DNA of 35,446 nucleotides, taken from an uncultured archaeon (lineage in GTDB: Archaea > Aenigmatarchaeota > Aenigmatarchaeia > GW2011-AR5 > JAHLMP01). Of the stretch, positions 33,527 through 35,446 are shown piece by piece. The stretch spans positions 1 through 35,446 of the forward strand of contig CAZBKL010000002.1 in the NCBI GenBank assembly GCA_964492465.1. The letters are read 5' to 3'. The notes below the pieces were generated by a model. That model was not told the DNA's origin and did no database searches. It saw only the letters and a list, made by a program, of their open reading frames with translations. The first letter of the stretch is position 1, and each line of letters starts with the position of its first letter. A program made the translations under genes and the position numbers.

Positions 33527-33808
33527 TTAAAAAGCTTCAATTTTTTTGCACAGAGCGCAGATTTCCTTTTCCAAAACAGCTTTGTCCTTGACCAGATTCT
33601 GGCATATTTCCTTTATCTCATTCTGGAAGCCTGCCACAAACAAATCCCTTCCGCGGTGCTTGTTTATGTACTGGGAAATAGCTCCCTGGCTCACGCCAAG
33701 AAGCTCTGCTATGCGCTCCTGCTGCACGCCCTGGCTGGCGAGCTCCTTGGCAATAGCAGCGCGGATTGCTGGAATTTTCTTTGCCATTTTTTCGCATCTA
33801 AGCGCCAT
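33527..33808 (-). CDS. Small HTH transcriptional regulator
   Basis: IAKELASQGVQQERIAELLGVSQGAISQYINKHRG is a clear helix-turn-helix. The C-terminus has CxxC (CALC). The likely start is MAKKIP at 33787. Confidence 0.6.
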   Translation of the reverse strand: MALRCEKMAKKIPAIRAAIAKELASQGVQQERIAELLGVSQGAISQYINKHRGRDLFVAGFQNEIKEICQNLVKDKAVLEKEICALCKKIEAF

Positions 33809-33841
33809 AGGAATATTACGGCGTTATAGAAATTTAATGCT

Positions 33842-34855
33842 TTAACTCTTTAGGAAAGAGCCGAGCGACTTCTGGCTGGCTTTCTCTGCCAGCTTCCCAA
33901 TAACTGAATCCACGCGCTCCTCTGAAAAATCGTGCTCGCCGCACAGGATTTTCTTTACTTTTTCTGCATCAGCGTTGTGAAATTCAAGAGCAGGCTTTGG
34001 ATATTCTTTTTCTTTGAAAGCTTCAAATATCATCCTGGGTTCAACTTCAAAATCCCATTTGACATTTTCAAATATTTTGTCAAATGTCTGAAATTCCTTG
34101 ACAAGCTTAAGGGATTTTTTAGGACCAAGTCCCTTAACGCCTCCGGGATTGTAGTCTGTTCCTATCAGGATTCCTAATATAATAAATTGCTCATGAGTTA
34201 ATCCAAGGCTGCTCAGAACTTCCTGAAGCTCTATCATCTCGGGATAAATGAAACTCTCCCTGCCCCTTATCTTGCGCTTGCCTGTTATGTTGAGGTTTCT
34301 TATCATTCTCGGCGCCCCAAAAAGCAGTGAATCAAAATCCTGGCTGGCAACAGCATAAGCATCATTATGTTTGCACATCAGCGCACAAAGCGCCTCGCCT
34401 TCGCCCTCTGCCTGAATTATTGGAATTCCCAGAGCATTCAGCAGGGATTTGCTTTCTTCTATCATCTCTGGTGTGAGCTCTGAAGTTCTGGAAGCTTGTT
34501 TTCTGGCTTCCTCCTCATCACCGGCTTCAATTGCAGCAGCAAGCTTTGCTTTTGCTTCCTCCTTAATTTCACGGCGCATTGCAGCGAGGGTCTTTTTCAG
34601 CTCAGGAGCTTTGCCGTCAAAGACGTAAACAAGCTTTATGCCATTCTCAATAAGTTTGGCGTTGCGATAAAGCAAGCCTGAAAGGTGTGATGTAATATTG
34701 CCATGGCTATCCTTCAAAGGCGTGCCATCTGGCTGGCGAATGGATGTCAGGAATTGATACAACCAATTGAATGCATCAACAGCTATTATTTTGCTGCCCA
34801 TAGAATCAATCTCTGTCTGGCGCTTTGGTAATATCTCTGATATTTGCACTCCCAT
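33842..34855 (-). CDS. fen: Flap endonuclease 1
   Basis: 337 aa. MGVQISEILP...IAVDAFNWLYQFL, VYVFDGKAPELK, a GEGEA acidic cluster, an H3TH GIGPKK-like segment (GLGPKKSLKLV), and a C-terminal PIP-like QKSLGSFL. Confidence 0.93.
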   Translation of the reverse strand: MGVQISEILPKRQTEIDSMGSKIIAVDAFNWLYQFLTSIRQPDGTPLKDSHGNITSHLSGLLYRNAKLIENGIKLVYVFDGKAPELKKTLAAMRREIKEEAKAKLAAAIEAGDEEEARKQASRTSELTPEMIEESKSLLNALGIPIIQAEGEGEALCALMCKHNDAYAVASQDFDSLLFGAPRMIRNLNITGKRKIRGRESFIYPEMIELQEVLSSLGLTHEQFIILGILIGTDYNPGGVKGLGPKKSLKLVKEFQTFDKIFENVKWDFEVEPRMIFEAFKEKEYPKPALEFHNADAEKVKKILCGEHDFSEERVDSVIGKLAEKASQKSLGSFLKS

Positions 34856-34906
34856 GAATTATTTCTTGTATAGGGCATTTTTATTTTAATTGAGCAAATA
34901 TAATTC

Positions 34907-35446
34907 ATGGCTTATGATTACGCTTCTCTTGGCTTGAAAATTGGTCTGGAAATTCACCAGCAGCTCAACATAAGGAAGCTTTTCTGCAATTGCAGCACAG
35001 GAATGAAAGAACAAAACCAGATATTTGAAATTCACAGAAGACTGCGGCCTGCTGTTGGCGAGCTCGGCAAAGTTGACCGCGCTGCTCTTTTCGAATTCCT
35101 GAGAAGCAGGGAATTTGTTTACCATGGCTATGAAGGCGAAGCGTGTTTAGTGGATACGGACGATGAGCCGCCTCACCAGGTTAATGATGAAGCGCTCAGG
35201 ATTTCACTGAGTTTGTCAGTCATGCTTGGACTGGAAATACCTGATGAAATTCATGTGATGAGAAAAACAGTCCTGGATGGCTCTGCTATAACGAGCTTCC
35301 AGCGAACAATGCTCGTTGGATTTGGCAGCGCTGATTTTAATAGCGTTCGCATAAAATCGCTTTGCCTGGAAGAAGATGCTGCCAAGCCGCAGGATGCAAA
35401 AGGAGGTTCTGTATCATACTCGCTAAGCAGATTAGGGATTCCTTTG
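34907..35446 (+). CDS. gatE: Glu-tRNA(Gln) amidotransferase subunit E, N-terminal 180 codons; gene continues past the right edge
   Basis: Absent from the ORF track because it has no stop. My translation: MAYDYASLGLKIGLEIHQQLNIRKLFCNCS...GEACLVDTDDEPPH...VMRKTVLDGSAITSFQRTMLVGFG...LCLEEDAAK...YSLSRLGIPL. ORF 34886..35125(-) is its antisense shadow. Confidence 0.85.
   Translation, partial: MAYDYASLGLKIGLEIHQQLNIRKLFCNCSTGMKEQNQIFEIHRRLRPAVGELGKVDRAALFEFLRSREFVYHGYEGEACLVDTDDEPPHQVNDEALRISLSLSVMLGLEIPDEIHVMRKTVLDGSAITSFQRTMLVGFGSADFNSVRIKSLCLEEDAAKPQDAKGGSVSYSLSRLGIPL

Overview
Compact archaeal chromosomal segment with about 40 protein genes and one intron-containing tRNA. I found no rRNA, CRISPR array, transposase or integrase. 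A DPANN-like small genome is only an inference, from short intergenic spacers, overlapping genes, a CxxC-x17-CxxC mini-protein and huge glycosylated surface proteins. Housekeeping genes: ScpB, ribosomal protein S10, aEF-2, beta-CASP RNase, RtcA, aIF5A, FEN1, GatE (runs off the right edge), acylphosphatase, and a ZIP transporter (runs off the left edge). Accessory content worth a second look: (1) a KaiC-centred module at 16.2-21.0 kb with two Walker-A-positive KaiC-like ATPases, two paralogous P-loop-less RecA-fold proteins, a Cys-rich protein, an AbrB-like protein and a tandem V4R-like protein. This module shares an 11-mer promoter motif with (2) a 1411-aa LamG-containing, sequon-rich surface protein that looks like an internal duplication or gene fusion. 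(3) A tightly packed operon: homocitrate-synthase-like enzyme, two UbiA prenyltransferases, radical SAM/SPASM enzyme. (4) A sensor operon in which a PAS-PAS protein and a small membrane protein both end in the same coiled-coil motif, upstream of a dCache-HAMP histidine kinase. (5) A tRNA-Ala(GGC) split by a ~128-nt structured insert in the T-loop. (6) Two paralogous ~50-aa basic proteins separated by a nested-hairpin RNA-like element. (7) A small acidic protein next to aIF5A whose C-terminal tail resembles the ribosomal stalk P1 tail. All functional calls come from reading motifs by eye; no database search was run.
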